Shown here: positions 36,790 to 44,593 of the stretch, piece after piece
Numbering within the stretch: position 1 is the stretch's first letter
Layout: every line of letters begins with the position of its first letter
Origin: Acidobacteriota bacterium
GTDB lineage: Bacteria; Acidobacteriota; Thermoanaerobaculia; Multivoradales; JAGPDF01
Reading direction: 5' to 3'
DNA length: 64,000 bases
NCBI GenBank assembly: GCA_039933785.1
Contig: JBDTNL010000001.1
Location: 69,397 to 133,396, forward strand
Made by a program: the position numbers and the translations under genes
The notes under the pieces: model-generated
Told to the model about the DNA's origin: nothing
What the model saw: only the letters and a program-made list of their open reading frames with translations
Databases searched by the model: none

Positions 36790-38109
36790 ATGCCCACTCG
36801 CCACGACGTCATTCTGGGCGCCGGCCTGTCCGGTCTCACCGCCGCCTACACCCTGCAGCAGGCGGGGGAGACGCACTGGCGCGTCTTCGAGCGCGGCGAG
36901 CGGGTGGGTGGATTGGCCACCACGGTCGCCATCGACGGCTACAAGTTCGACCATGGACCGCACATCCTGTTCACCATCGATCGCGAGATCGAGGCCCTGA
37001 TCCGCGAGCTCCTGGGCGACAACTTCCACGCGCAAGAGCGTCAGGCCTTCATCTATCACCACGCCCACAGGCTCTACACGCGCTTCCCCTTCCAGGCTCA
37101 TTTGCACGGGCTGCCGGCGCCGGTCGTGAAGGACTGCCTGGTCGGTCTGGTGCGAGCGGTCGAGGCCCAGGCGCGCGGCGAGTTCAAGCCGACGAATTAC
37201 GACGAGTGGATGCACGGTTTTTTTGGAGAAGGTATCGCCAGGCATCTCATGGTTCCTTACGCTTTGAAGATCTGGACGGTCGATCCGGCGACCATGGATT
37301 TTTCTTGGATCGGGCGCCGCGTGCCGACGCCGGACGTCGAGCGCATCATCGAAGGCGCGCTCTCGGACGAAGTCGAGCAGGTCGGCGCGACCTCGAACTT
37401 CTGGTACACCCGAAGCGGCGGCATCGAGCCGCTGCCGGTGGCGCTGGGCAAACGGGTGCAGAACGTCGAGCTCAAGCGCACCGCGGTGCGGATCGAGCTG
37501 CCGGAGAAGCAGGTGATCTTCGACGACGGCTCGATCGTGCCGTTCGAACGCCTCATCTACTCGCTGCCGCTCCCATTGCTGCCCCGGTTCATTCCGAATC
37601 TGCCCGCCGAGGTCCTCCGCGCCTGCGAGTCGTTGCGCTATCAAGGCATCTACGTGGTCAACCTCGGCATCGACCGCGAGCGCATCTCGGACAAGCACTG
37701 GATCTACTTCTACGAAGACCAGTTCCCCTTCCACCGCTTGTCGCTGCCGGCAAACTTCAGCCCCGACACGGTGCCCCCCGGCAAGAGCTCGGTGTCGACC
37801 GAGGTCGCTTTCTCGGCGGTCCGCCCGCTCGACGAGGAGACCGCGGTCGAGCAGACCATCAAGGCCCTGCAGCTCGCCGGGATCCTGCATTCCGACGACC
37901 GCATCGACCTCGTGCATACCGAGAAGATCGAACCCGCGTACGTGATCTACGATCTCGACCACCAGAAGAACGTGACCCTGATTCGCGATTGGCTGAAGAC
38001 CCAAGGCATCTCCAGCGTCGGCCGCTTCGGCGAATGGCAGTACTTCAACATGGACCACTCCATGCGCAGCGGACGCAAAGCTGCCGAGGAAATTCTGGCG
38101 TCCCGGTAA
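36790..38109 (+). CDS. FAD-dependent UDP-galactopyranose mutase-like enzyme (amine-oxidase fold)
   Basis: …DVILGAGLSGLTAAYTL…RVFERGERVGGLATT…YKFDHGPHILFT… aligns with Glf IVGSGLFGAV…IEKRNHIGGNAYT…HKYGAHIFHT. C-terminal GRFGEWQYFNMDHSMRSG matches Glf GRLAEYKYYDMHQVISA. Confidence 0.55.
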   Translation: MPTRHDVILGAGLSGLTAAYTLQQAGETHWRVFERGERVGGLATTVAIDGYKFDHGPHILFTIDREIEALIRELLGDNFHAQERQAFIYHHAHRLYTRFPFQAHLHGLPAPVVKDCLVGLVRAVEAQARGEFKPTNYDEWMHGFFGEGIARHLMVPYALKIWTVDPATMDFSWIGRRVPTPDVERIIEGALSDEVEQVGATSNFWYTRSGGIEPLPVALGKRVQNVELKRTAVRIELPEKQVIFDDGSIVPFERLIYSLPLPLLPRFIPNLPAEVLRACESLRYQGIYVVNLGIDRERISDKHWIYFYEDQFPFHRLSLPANFSPDTVPPGKSSVSTEVAFSAVRPLDEETAVEQTIKALQLAGILHSDDRIDLVHTEKIEPAYVIYDLDHQKNVTLIRDWLKTQGISSVGRFGEWQYFNMDHSMRSGRKAAEEILASR

Positions 38110-38126
38110 GCGCCGAGGAAATCAAG

Positions 38127-38681
38127 ATGCTGAGCTCCCTGCTGGTTGCAGTTCTTCTCGCGGCAACCGCCGCCCCGGCGACAAAAGATCCATGCGGTGA
38201 CGCGGCGACGGTCAGTCAGGGCTACAGGTCCCTCAGCGGCCGGGTGGTCGAAGTGACGAGCGGCGACAGCATTCGCGTGCAGATGGACGAGAAGAGCCCG
38301 TACCGCGACCCTTCGCTCACCGGCGTACAGGCGTTCCGGCTCGTGGCCATCGAGGCGCCCAGCGCCGACCAGGAGCTCGGCAAGCGCTCGCAGCAAAGAC
38401 TGAGCGAGCGGCTGGTCGGAAAAGTAGTCAACCTGGGCATGAGCCCGGTCCAGAAGGAAGGAACCCCCCGCAACGTGCTGGTGGCAGGCCCCGACGGGGC
38501 ACTCGCCGGTGAGAACGAGGGCCAGCTCGAAGCCGGTCTCGCGCGTGTGGTCGAACAGGGTCCCTACGACGTCGATGGGTACCTGCGCTGCACCTTCGAG
38601 GCCGCTCAGGCGCGGGCTCGCAAGGCGGGGCTGGGCATCTGGATGGCCACGGCGCCCGCGGCTCGAAACAATCACCGATAG
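38127..38681 (+). CDS. Secreted staphylococcal-nuclease (SNase/thermonuclease)-like protein
   Basis: Signal peptide MLSSLLVAVLLAATAAPA. Then …GRVVEVTSGDSIRVQMD…FRLVAIEAPSADQELGKRSQQRLSERLVGKVVNL…RNVLVAGPDGALAGENEGQLEAGLARVVEQG…ARARKAGLGIW, the SNase OB-fold pattern. It is the tail of track ORF 36783..38681. Confidence 0.5.
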   Translation: MLSSLLVAVLLAATAAPATKDPCGDAATVSQGYRSLSGRVVEVTSGDSIRVQMDEKSPYRDPSLTGVQAFRLVAIEAPSADQELGKRSQQRLSERLVGKVVNLGMSPVQKEGTPRNVLVAGPDGALAGENEGQLEAGLARVVEQGPYDVDGYLRCTFEAAQARARKAGLGIWMATAPAARNNHR

Positions 38682-38725
38682 CGACCCTCGATGGGCGACC
38701 GAGGAGCCGCCTCCGTACACCGGAT

Positions 38726-39694
38726 GTGTTGAAAAGCCTGGTTCGTAGTGTCGTCGCGGTAGCGCTCTTCATAGGGATCGCCGCGCTGCTCGTTCGCCAG
38801 CCGTCGTTCGGTGCGCTCCCGTTCATAGCAACTTCGCATGCCGATCCCGCTCGCCTGCGGCAGCACGTCCTGTTCCTGGCCGACGAGGTTGCCCCCCGAG
38901 ACATCCAGCATCCGGACAACCTCGAGCGCGCGGCGAGCTACATCGCCGATGCGCTGACCGCGGCCGGCGGTCGACTCGAGAGCCAGCCCTTCACGGCGCG
39001 GGGCGCAAGGTATCGCAACCTCAGTGCTCGATTCGGCCTCGAAGGCCTGGACCGAATCGTCGTCGGCGCGCATTACGATGCCTTCGGGGACTTCGGCGCC
39101 AACCCCGGCGCCGACGACAACGCGAGCGGTGTCGCGGGCCTGCTCGAGCTGGCACGCATTCTGGGCAAGCAAGCTGTTCCGCGGCCGATCGAGCTCGTGG
39201 CCTTCAGCACCGAGGAGCCGCCCTGCTTCGCCTCTCAACCAATGGGCAGTGCGGTGCACGCGCGCAATCTGCGTCAGACGGGCACCCGCGTCCAAGCCAT
39301 GCTCTGCCTCGAGATGATCGGCTACTACACGCCGCGGCAGGCCTGGCCCAGCCTGCTCTTCCGTCTGGTGTATCCGAGCTCGGGAGAATTCGTCGCGGTC
39401 GTCGGCCGGTGGCAGGACCGCGCCCTCGCGCGCCGCGTGAAGAGCGCCATGCAAGGCGCCGGCGGAGTGGACGTCTACAGCTACAGCGGCCCATCGATCC
39501 CCGGGATCGACGCCTCGGATCACCGCAACTACTGGGCCAATGGCTTTGCCGCTGTCCTCGTCACCGACACCGCGTTCCTGCGCAACCCGAACTACCACGC
39601 GCCCGGCGATCGTCCGGAGACGCTCGACTACGAGCGCATGGCACGGGTGGTGGACGGGGTCGCGAACGCGGTACTGCAGCCAGCCGGGCGCTAG
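38726..39694 (+). CDS. M28-family zinc aminopeptidase (secreted/membrane-anchored)
   Basis: N-terminal TM/signal MLKSLVRSVVAVALFIGIAALLV. …IVVGAHYDAFGDFGANPGADDNASGVAGLLELARIL…FSTEEP…. Confidence 0.75.
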   Translation: MLKSLVRSVVAVALFIGIAALLVRQPSFGALPFIATSHADPARLRQHVLFLADEVAPRDIQHPDNLERAASYIADALTAAGGRLESQPFTARGARYRNLSARFGLEGLDRIVVGAHYDAFGDFGANPGADDNASGVAGLLELARILGKQAVPRPIELVAFSTEEPPCFASQPMGSAVHARNLRQTGTRVQAMLCLEMIGYYTPRQAWPSLLFRLVYPSSGEFVAVVGRWQDRALARRVKSAMQGAGGVDVYSYSGPSIPGIDASDHRNYWANGFAAVLVTDTAFLRNPNYHAPGDRPETLDYERMARVVDGVANAVLQPAGR

Positions 39695-39774
39695 GTCCGG
39701 CGGGCCTCGAGGCGTTCGACACCTGCTTCTAGAGGAGGCGCTTACTCTCGGCGGGCGTTCGGTAGAATGCCCGC

Positions 39775-40242
39775 ATGGACTTCGACATCGTCCAGCGTGT
39801 TCTCCAAGCGCTCGAGGAAGAAGGCGTGCGCTACGCCGTATTCGGCGGCGTGGCTCTAAACCTGCACGGCATCGCCCGGACCACCGAGGATCTCGACATC
39901 TTCGTTGACGCGGGAGAAGACAACATCTCGCGGCTACGCGCGGCCTTGCGGCGGGTGTTCGACGACCCGGAGATTGACCAGATCCGAGCCCAGGACTTGG
40001 CCGGGGACTATCCGGCGATTCAGTACGTGCCTCCGACCGGACCCTTTCATGTCGACATCGTGGCTCGACTTGGAGAGGCTTTTCGGTTCAGCGACCTCGA
40101 GACCCAGCGCCTCCAAGTCGCGGGGCTGCTACTCACCGTGGTCACTCCGCGCCAACTGCTGCGGATGAAGAAAGATACGGTCAGGGCCAAGGACCGCGGA
40201 GATGCCGACCTCTTGCGCGAGCGCTTCGGGCTGGAGGACTAG
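39775..40242 (+). CDS. Pol-beta-superfamily nucleotidyltransferase-fold small protein (155 aa)
   Basis: …VRYAVFGGVALNLHGIARTTEDLDIFVD… is the hG[GS]-x9-13-D-h-[DE]-h NTase motif. Its TAG stop abuts the ATG of the next ORF. Confidence 0.5.
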   Translation: MDFDIVQRVLQALEEEGVRYAVFGGVALNLHGIARTTEDLDIFVDAGEDNISRLRAALRRVFDDPEIDQIRAQDLAGDYPAIQYVPPTGPFHVDIVARLGEAFRFSDLETQRLQVAGLLLTVVTPRQLLRMKKDTVRAKDRGDADLLRERFGLED

Positions 40243-40494
40243 ATGCCAGTCCGCAAGTTCCGTTCCGTGGCTGAGATGCGCTCGCCGGTTCATGTTCCGG
40301 GTAGCGCGGAGCTACTCGACGCCATTCGCAGCCTTTGGGCGTTCAGCGATCGGCTCGCACCGCAGCGCTTCCCTCCCGGGGTCTACAAGCATCGCTCCGT
40401 CGAGGCGGCTGGCCGGCTGGCCGAGCAGTGGGCGGAGGAGAACTTCCGCCGCAACGCAGCACTCCGCGAGTCGGATTCCGGAGACCCGCGCTAG
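40243..40494 (+). CDS. Small hypothetical protein (83 aa) immediately coupled to the nucleotidyltransferase gene
   Basis: MPVRKFRSVAEMRSPVHVPGSAELLDAIRSLWAFSDRLAPQRFPPGVYKHRSVEAAGRLAEQWAEENFRRNAALRESDSGDPR has no recognisable motif. Start is adjacent to the upstream stop (gacTAGATGcca). Confidence 0.35.
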   Translation: MPVRKFRSVAEMRSPVHVPGSAELLDAIRSLWAFSDRLAPQRFPPGVYKHRSVEAAGRLAEQWAEENFRRNAALRESDSGDPR

Positions 40495-40537
40495 GACGAA
40501 TCACGCCATGCCGGGTTCCAAAGCTCCAGGCTGCGAG

Positions 40538-41680
40538 CTATCGCTGGGGCGTCTGCGCCTGCCGTAGGGTGGGCGCCGCTTCCGGATCGAGCGCCCGCAG
40601 GTACTGCCGATCGAACGCCGCGAGCTGGCTTTCGAGCTCCGAGTACGGCCCTGCTTCCCACGCGTTCGAGGTCACGCCCTTGAACGCGTTGGCGCAGAGG
40701 TCCCAGTCCTGCCGGTTGGTGAGATCCCAGAAGTCGATCGCGGACTGCGGATCGAATCCGGGCCCCGCGATCGCATCCGGATGGAAGTACCAATCGCAGA
40801 CGATGCGCGTCTTGTCGATCGCCAGCCGCTGTCCGCGGTGCACCAGCACGTAGTCGGGATGGAACGACAGGAAGGCGCTCGGGAAGAGCGTGTAGTAGTA
40901 GACCCGTCCGAGCTCGGCCGGTGTGAGTCCTGGAAACGGCGCGGCGCAGCGACCGCCGTGCATGGTCATGCTGCCTTCGGGGTTCGACATCCACATCGGC
41001 CCGCCGAGCACCGGGCCTTCGTCGAGGTCGTTTTCGGTGTTTCGATACGGTGTCAGCTTGTTCAGATGCGGGTGCACGTTGGGACAGTGGTAGCACTCGC
41101 TGTAGTTGTGGAAGAAGAGTTTCCAGTTGGATTCGACCTCGTAGACCGTCTGGTGCACCGAGACCAGCTCGGGCAGGCGCCAGTGCTCGAATTTGCCGAC
41201 CAGCGGCGCGAGCGCCTGTTCGAACGGCGCCGGCCGAGCGGCGAGGTTCACGAACAGGAATCCGCGCCAATCCGCGAGCGCCACCGGATGCAGCGGATGC
41301 TCGGCGCGATCGAAGCCCGACACTTCGTTCATATTCGGCGCCGCGCGCAGCGCACCGTCGAGCCCGTACGTCCACGCATGGTACGGACACTGAATCGCCG
41401 TCCCGAGCGTCCCTTGATGCTCCGCGCAAAGGCGCGTTCCGCGATGGCGGCAATGGTTGTGCATCGCCCGCACCACACCGTCCGCACCGCGCACGATCAG
41501 CACGCTCTCGCGATCCTGCTCGAAGACGAAGTAGCTCCCGGTCTTGGGCAGCTGCGACACGTGCCCGGCGAGCAGCCAATGCTGGGCGAAGATGCGCTCC
41601 TGCTCGGCGCGGTAGATCTCGGGCGAGACGAAGTACTCTCGAGACAGGGTGTGCTGGCCGAAGGAGGTGCGGATTTTCAT
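40538..41680 (-). CDS. Rieske [2Fe-2S] non-heme-iron oxygenase alpha subunit (aromatic-ring-hydroxylating / demethylase type)
   Basis: MKIRTSFGQHTLSREYFVSPEIYRAEQERIFAQHWLLAGHVSQLP…VLIVRGADGVVRAMHNHCRHRGTRLCAEHQGTLGTAIQCPYHAWTY (CxH-x15-17-CxxH Rieske motif). C-terminal catalytic domain. The track's N-terminal extension was rejected; ATG 41680. Confidence 0.75.
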   Translation of the reverse strand: MKIRTSFGQHTLSREYFVSPEIYRAEQERIFAQHWLLAGHVSQLPKTGSYFVFEQDRESVLIVRGADGVVRAMHNHCRHRGTRLCAEHQGTLGTAIQCPYHAWTYGLDGALRAAPNMNEVSGFDRAEHPLHPVALADWRGFLFVNLAARPAPFEQALAPLVGKFEHWRLPELVSVHQTVYEVESNWKLFFHNYSECYHCPNVHPHLNKLTPYRNTENDLDEGPVLGGPMWMSNPEGSMTMHGGRCAAPFPGLTPAELGRVYYYTLFPSAFLSFHPDYVLVHRGQRLAIDKTRIVCDWYFHPDAIAGPGFDPQSAIDFWDLTNRQDWDLCANAFKGVTSNAWEAGPYSELESQLAAFDRQYLRALDPEAAPTLRQAQTPQR

Positions 41681-41787
41681 CGGATGCCCCGTGGATTGCC
41701 GAGTGTATCCGCTCGCCGCGGCCGCGGTGCTGGCGCCTCCGGTGATACGATCCGCGGGTCCCGAAGGTCCCCGAAGACGATCAAAAC

Positions 41788-42990
41788 ATGCCGATTCCGT
41801 CGCCCTTTCACGAGCGAACTTCCAAGCTCTGCACCAGCTACCGCTGGAAGGACTGGTCTGGCTACGCCGCCGTCTGCAGCTACGACGCCTCGCACGACCG
41901 CGAGTACTTCGCGTTCCGCGAAGGTGCCGGGATGCTGGACGTCTCGCCACTCTTCAAGTACGAGGTCTACGGCCCCGACGCTGCCGCGCTGCTCTCCCGA
42001 ATGATGGTGCGCGACGTCTCCAAGCTCAAAGTCGGTCGCGTGGGCTACAGCTGCTGGTGCGACGACTACGGCAAGGTCATCGACGACGGCACGGTCACCC
42101 GCCTCGACGAGGACTACTACCGGGTCACCTCCGCCGACCCCAGCCTGCATTGGTTGCAGGCCTTGTCCCGGGGCATGCGAGTCACACTCGAAGATTCGAG
42201 CGCACGCCTCGCCGCAGTGGCCCTGCAAGGCGCCAAGTCCCGCGATGTACTCAAGGCTGCGTCGGACGCCAACATGGACGCGCTCAAATTCTTCGGCGCT
42301 ACCAAGGCGAAGCTCGACGGCCTCGACGTCTGGATCACCCGCACCGGCTACACCGGCGACCTCGGCTACGAAATTTGGGTGGAGAAGGCCGGCGCGCTCA
42401 AGATGTGGGATGCCCTGATGGATGCCGGGCGCGCCTACAACATCGAGCCCGCGGGCCTCGACGCCCTCGACGTGACGCGCATCGAGGCCGGCTTCATTCT
42501 CCTCGGCATCGACTACTTCAGCGCCCCCAAGGTCGTTCTCGAGGCGAGAAAGAGCACCCCCGCGGAAATCGGCCTGGGCTGGATCGTTGATTTTGAGCGC
42601 CCCAAGTTCCCCAACTTCATCGGCCGCGACGCGTTGCTCGCCGAAAGGAAGAAGGGCTCGCCGTGGTCTCTGGTCGGCCTCGAAGTCTCGTGGGAATCGC
42701 TGGAAGCTCTGTACGAAAGCTTCTCGCTCCCCCCGAGTCTCCCGGCCACGGCCCGCCGTGACGGCCTCCCGGTCTACGACGACGACGGCCAACAAGTCGG
42801 CAAAGTCACCAGCCACACCTGGTCGCCGATTCTGAAGAAGTACATCGCGCTGACCTCCGTGCTCACCCCCCACGCCGCGCTCGGAACCGTGCTGCAGATG
42901 GAACACACGGTCGAGTTCGAGCGCAAGAAGGTTCCGGCCACGGTCGTGAAAACGCCGTTCTACGACCCGGAGCGCAAGAAGAAGCCATGA
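41788..42990 (+). CDS. Aminomethyltransferase-family (GcvT/DmdA/LigM-like) tetrahydrofolate-dependent enzyme
   Basis: …FREGAGMLDVSPLFKYEVYGPDAAALLSRMMVRDVSKLKVGRVGYSCWCDDYGKVIDDGTVTRLDEDYYRVTS… …ITRTGYTGDLGYEIWVEKAGALKMWDALMDAG. Confidence 0.65.
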   Translation: MPIPSPFHERTSKLCTSYRWKDWSGYAAVCSYDASHDREYFAFREGAGMLDVSPLFKYEVYGPDAAALLSRMMVRDVSKLKVGRVGYSCWCDDYGKVIDDGTVTRLDEDYYRVTSADPSLHWLQALSRGMRVTLEDSSARLAAVALQGAKSRDVLKAASDANMDALKFFGATKAKLDGLDVWITRTGYTGDLGYEIWVEKAGALKMWDALMDAGRAYNIEPAGLDALDVTRIEAGFILLGIDYFSAPKVVLEARKSTPAEIGLGWIVDFERPKFPNFIGRDALLAERKKGSPWSLVGLEVSWESLEALYESFSLPPSLPATARRDGLPVYDDDGQQVGKVTSHTWSPILKKYIALTSVLTPHAALGTVLQMEHTVEFERKKVPATVVKTPFYDPERKKKP

Positions 42991-42997
42991 GCACCTC

Positions 42998-44593
42998 ATG
43001 AGTGGGACAACCAAATACGACGCCATCATCGTAGGCGCCGGCCACAACGGCCTGATCTGCGGCGCCTACCTCGCCAAGGCCGGCAAGAAAGTGCTCGTGC
43101 TCGAGCGGCGCCACCAAGTAGGCGGCGCCACCACGACGGAAGAGATTTTCCCGGGCTTCAAGTTCTCCTGCTGCTCCTACGTCGTCTCGCTGTTACGGCC
43201 GTGGATCATTCGAGATCTAGATCTCCCGAGACACGGCTACGAGATCCTCCCGCTCGAAGAGACCTTCACCCCCTTCGAAGACGGCAGCTATCTCCTGCGC
43301 GACACCGACCCGGAGCGCACCAAACGCGCCATCGCGAAGTTCTCGAAGCGCGACAGCGAGGTCTACAAACAGTTCGGCCAGAAAATGGCCGAGCTCGGCC
43401 GTCTCGTGAAGCCCATGATCGACGGCCTTGCCCCCGACCCGGTTTCGCGCAACCCCTTCGAGCTCGCGCGCCTGGGCAAATTCGCCAAGCACGTCAGAGG
43501 CCAAGGCGAAGAGTGGCTCATCGGCAACGTCAAGATGATGACCATGTCCGCCGTCGACTTCCTGAGCGAGTGGTTCGAGAGCGAACAGCTCATCGCTCCG
43601 ATGTCGGTCTCCGGAATCATCGGCACCTTCCTCGGCGTCCGCTCGCCGGGAACGGCGTACGTGTTGCTCCACCACTACATGGGCGAAATCGACGGTTCCT
43701 ACCGCGCGTGGGGCTTGCCCAAGGGCGGCACCGGCGCGATCGCGAACGCCATCGCGAGTTCCGCCCAAGAGCTCGGCGTCGAGATCCGAGTCAATGCACC
43801 GGTCGACCATCTCCTCTTGAAGAACGGCAGAACGAGTGGAGTCGTGTTGGAAAATGGCGACGAGATTCACGCCAAGACGGTGATCTCCGGCGTCGATCCC
43901 CACCGCACCTTCCTCGGCCTGGTCGGCGAGAAGAACCTCGACCCCGAATTCGCCAAGCAGGTGAAGCGGTTCAAGATGCGCGGCTCGAGCGGCAAGGTAA
44001 ATCTGGCGCTCGACGCCCTGCCCGAGTTCAAGTGCCTGCCCGGCTTCGGCCCGCATATGCGCGGCGACATCACCATCGCGCCGTCGATCGAATACCTCGA
44101 GCGCGCCTACGACGACGCCAAGTACGGCGCCTTCTCCAAGCGCCCGTTCATGGACATCGTCATCCCGTCGCTCACCGACCCCACGGTCGCGCCGCCGGGC
44201 AAGCACATCATGTCCATCTTCGTGCAATACGCGCCCTACAACTTGAAGGAGGGCGCCGCGGATTGGCCCAATCAACGCGAAGCCTTCGGCGACGCGGTGA
44301 TCGACACGCTGTCCGAGTACATGCCCAATTTGAAGAGCCGCATCCTGCATCGCCAGGTGCTGACCCCTTGGGACCTCGAGCAGATCTACGGCCTCACCGA
44401 GGGCAACATCTTCCACGGCGAGCTGTCGCTCGAGCAGCTCGCGTTCCTCCGGCCGGTCGCTGGGTGGAGCCGCTACAAGACGCCGATTCACGATCTGTGG
44501 ATGTGCGCCTCCGGGACGCATCCGGGCGGCGGCATCATGGGCGCTCCGGGCGCGTTGTGCGCCAAGACGATGCTCGACGCGGGGGCGGTGTGA
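42998..44593 (+). CDS. FAD-dependent oxidoreductase, phytoene-desaturase (CrtI)-like / COG1233 family
   Basis: MSGTTKYDAIIVGAGHNGLICGAYLAKAGKKVLVLERRHQVGGATTTEE… (Rossmann GxGxxG). Confidence 0.7.
   Translation: MSGTTKYDAIIVGAGHNGLICGAYLAKAGKKVLVLERRHQVGGATTTEEIFPGFKFSCCSYVVSLLRPWIIRDLDLPRHGYEILPLEETFTPFEDGSYLLRDTDPERTKRAIAKFSKRDSEVYKQFGQKMAELGRLVKPMIDGLAPDPVSRNPFELARLGKFAKHVRGQGEEWLIGNVKMMTMSAVDFLSEWFESEQLIAPMSVSGIIGTFLGVRSPGTAYVLLHHYMGEIDGSYRAWGLPKGGTGAIANAIASSAQELGVEIRVNAPVDHLLLKNGRTSGVVLENGDEIHAKTVISGVDPHRTFLGLVGEKNLDPEFAKQVKRFKMRGSSGKVNLALDALPEFKCLPGFGPHMRGDITIAPSIEYLERAYDDAKYGAFSKRPFMDIVIPSLTDPTVAPPGKHIMSIFVQYAPYNLKEGAADWPNQREAFGDAVIDTLSEYMPNLKSRILHRQVLTPWDLEQIYGLTEGNIFHGELSLEQLAFLRPVAGWSRYKTPIHDLWMCASGTHPGGGIMGAPGALCAKTMLDAGAV

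Noticed and set aside
36783-38126. First ~450 codons of the 632-aa track ORF 36783..38681
   Set aside because: That frame overlaps the UGM-like gene and is Arg/His/Pro-rich. Only the last 185 codons (38127..38681, SNase-like with signal peptide) look real.
40781-43047. ORFs 40781..42004 (+) and 41677..43047 (-)
   Set aside because: Shadow frames of the Rieske and GcvT-like genes.
43201-44589. Upstream 463 codons of the 976-aa track ORF 43201..46131
   Set aside because: Different frame over the first CrtI-like gene (poly-Arg product). The real second paralog begins at GTG 44590.
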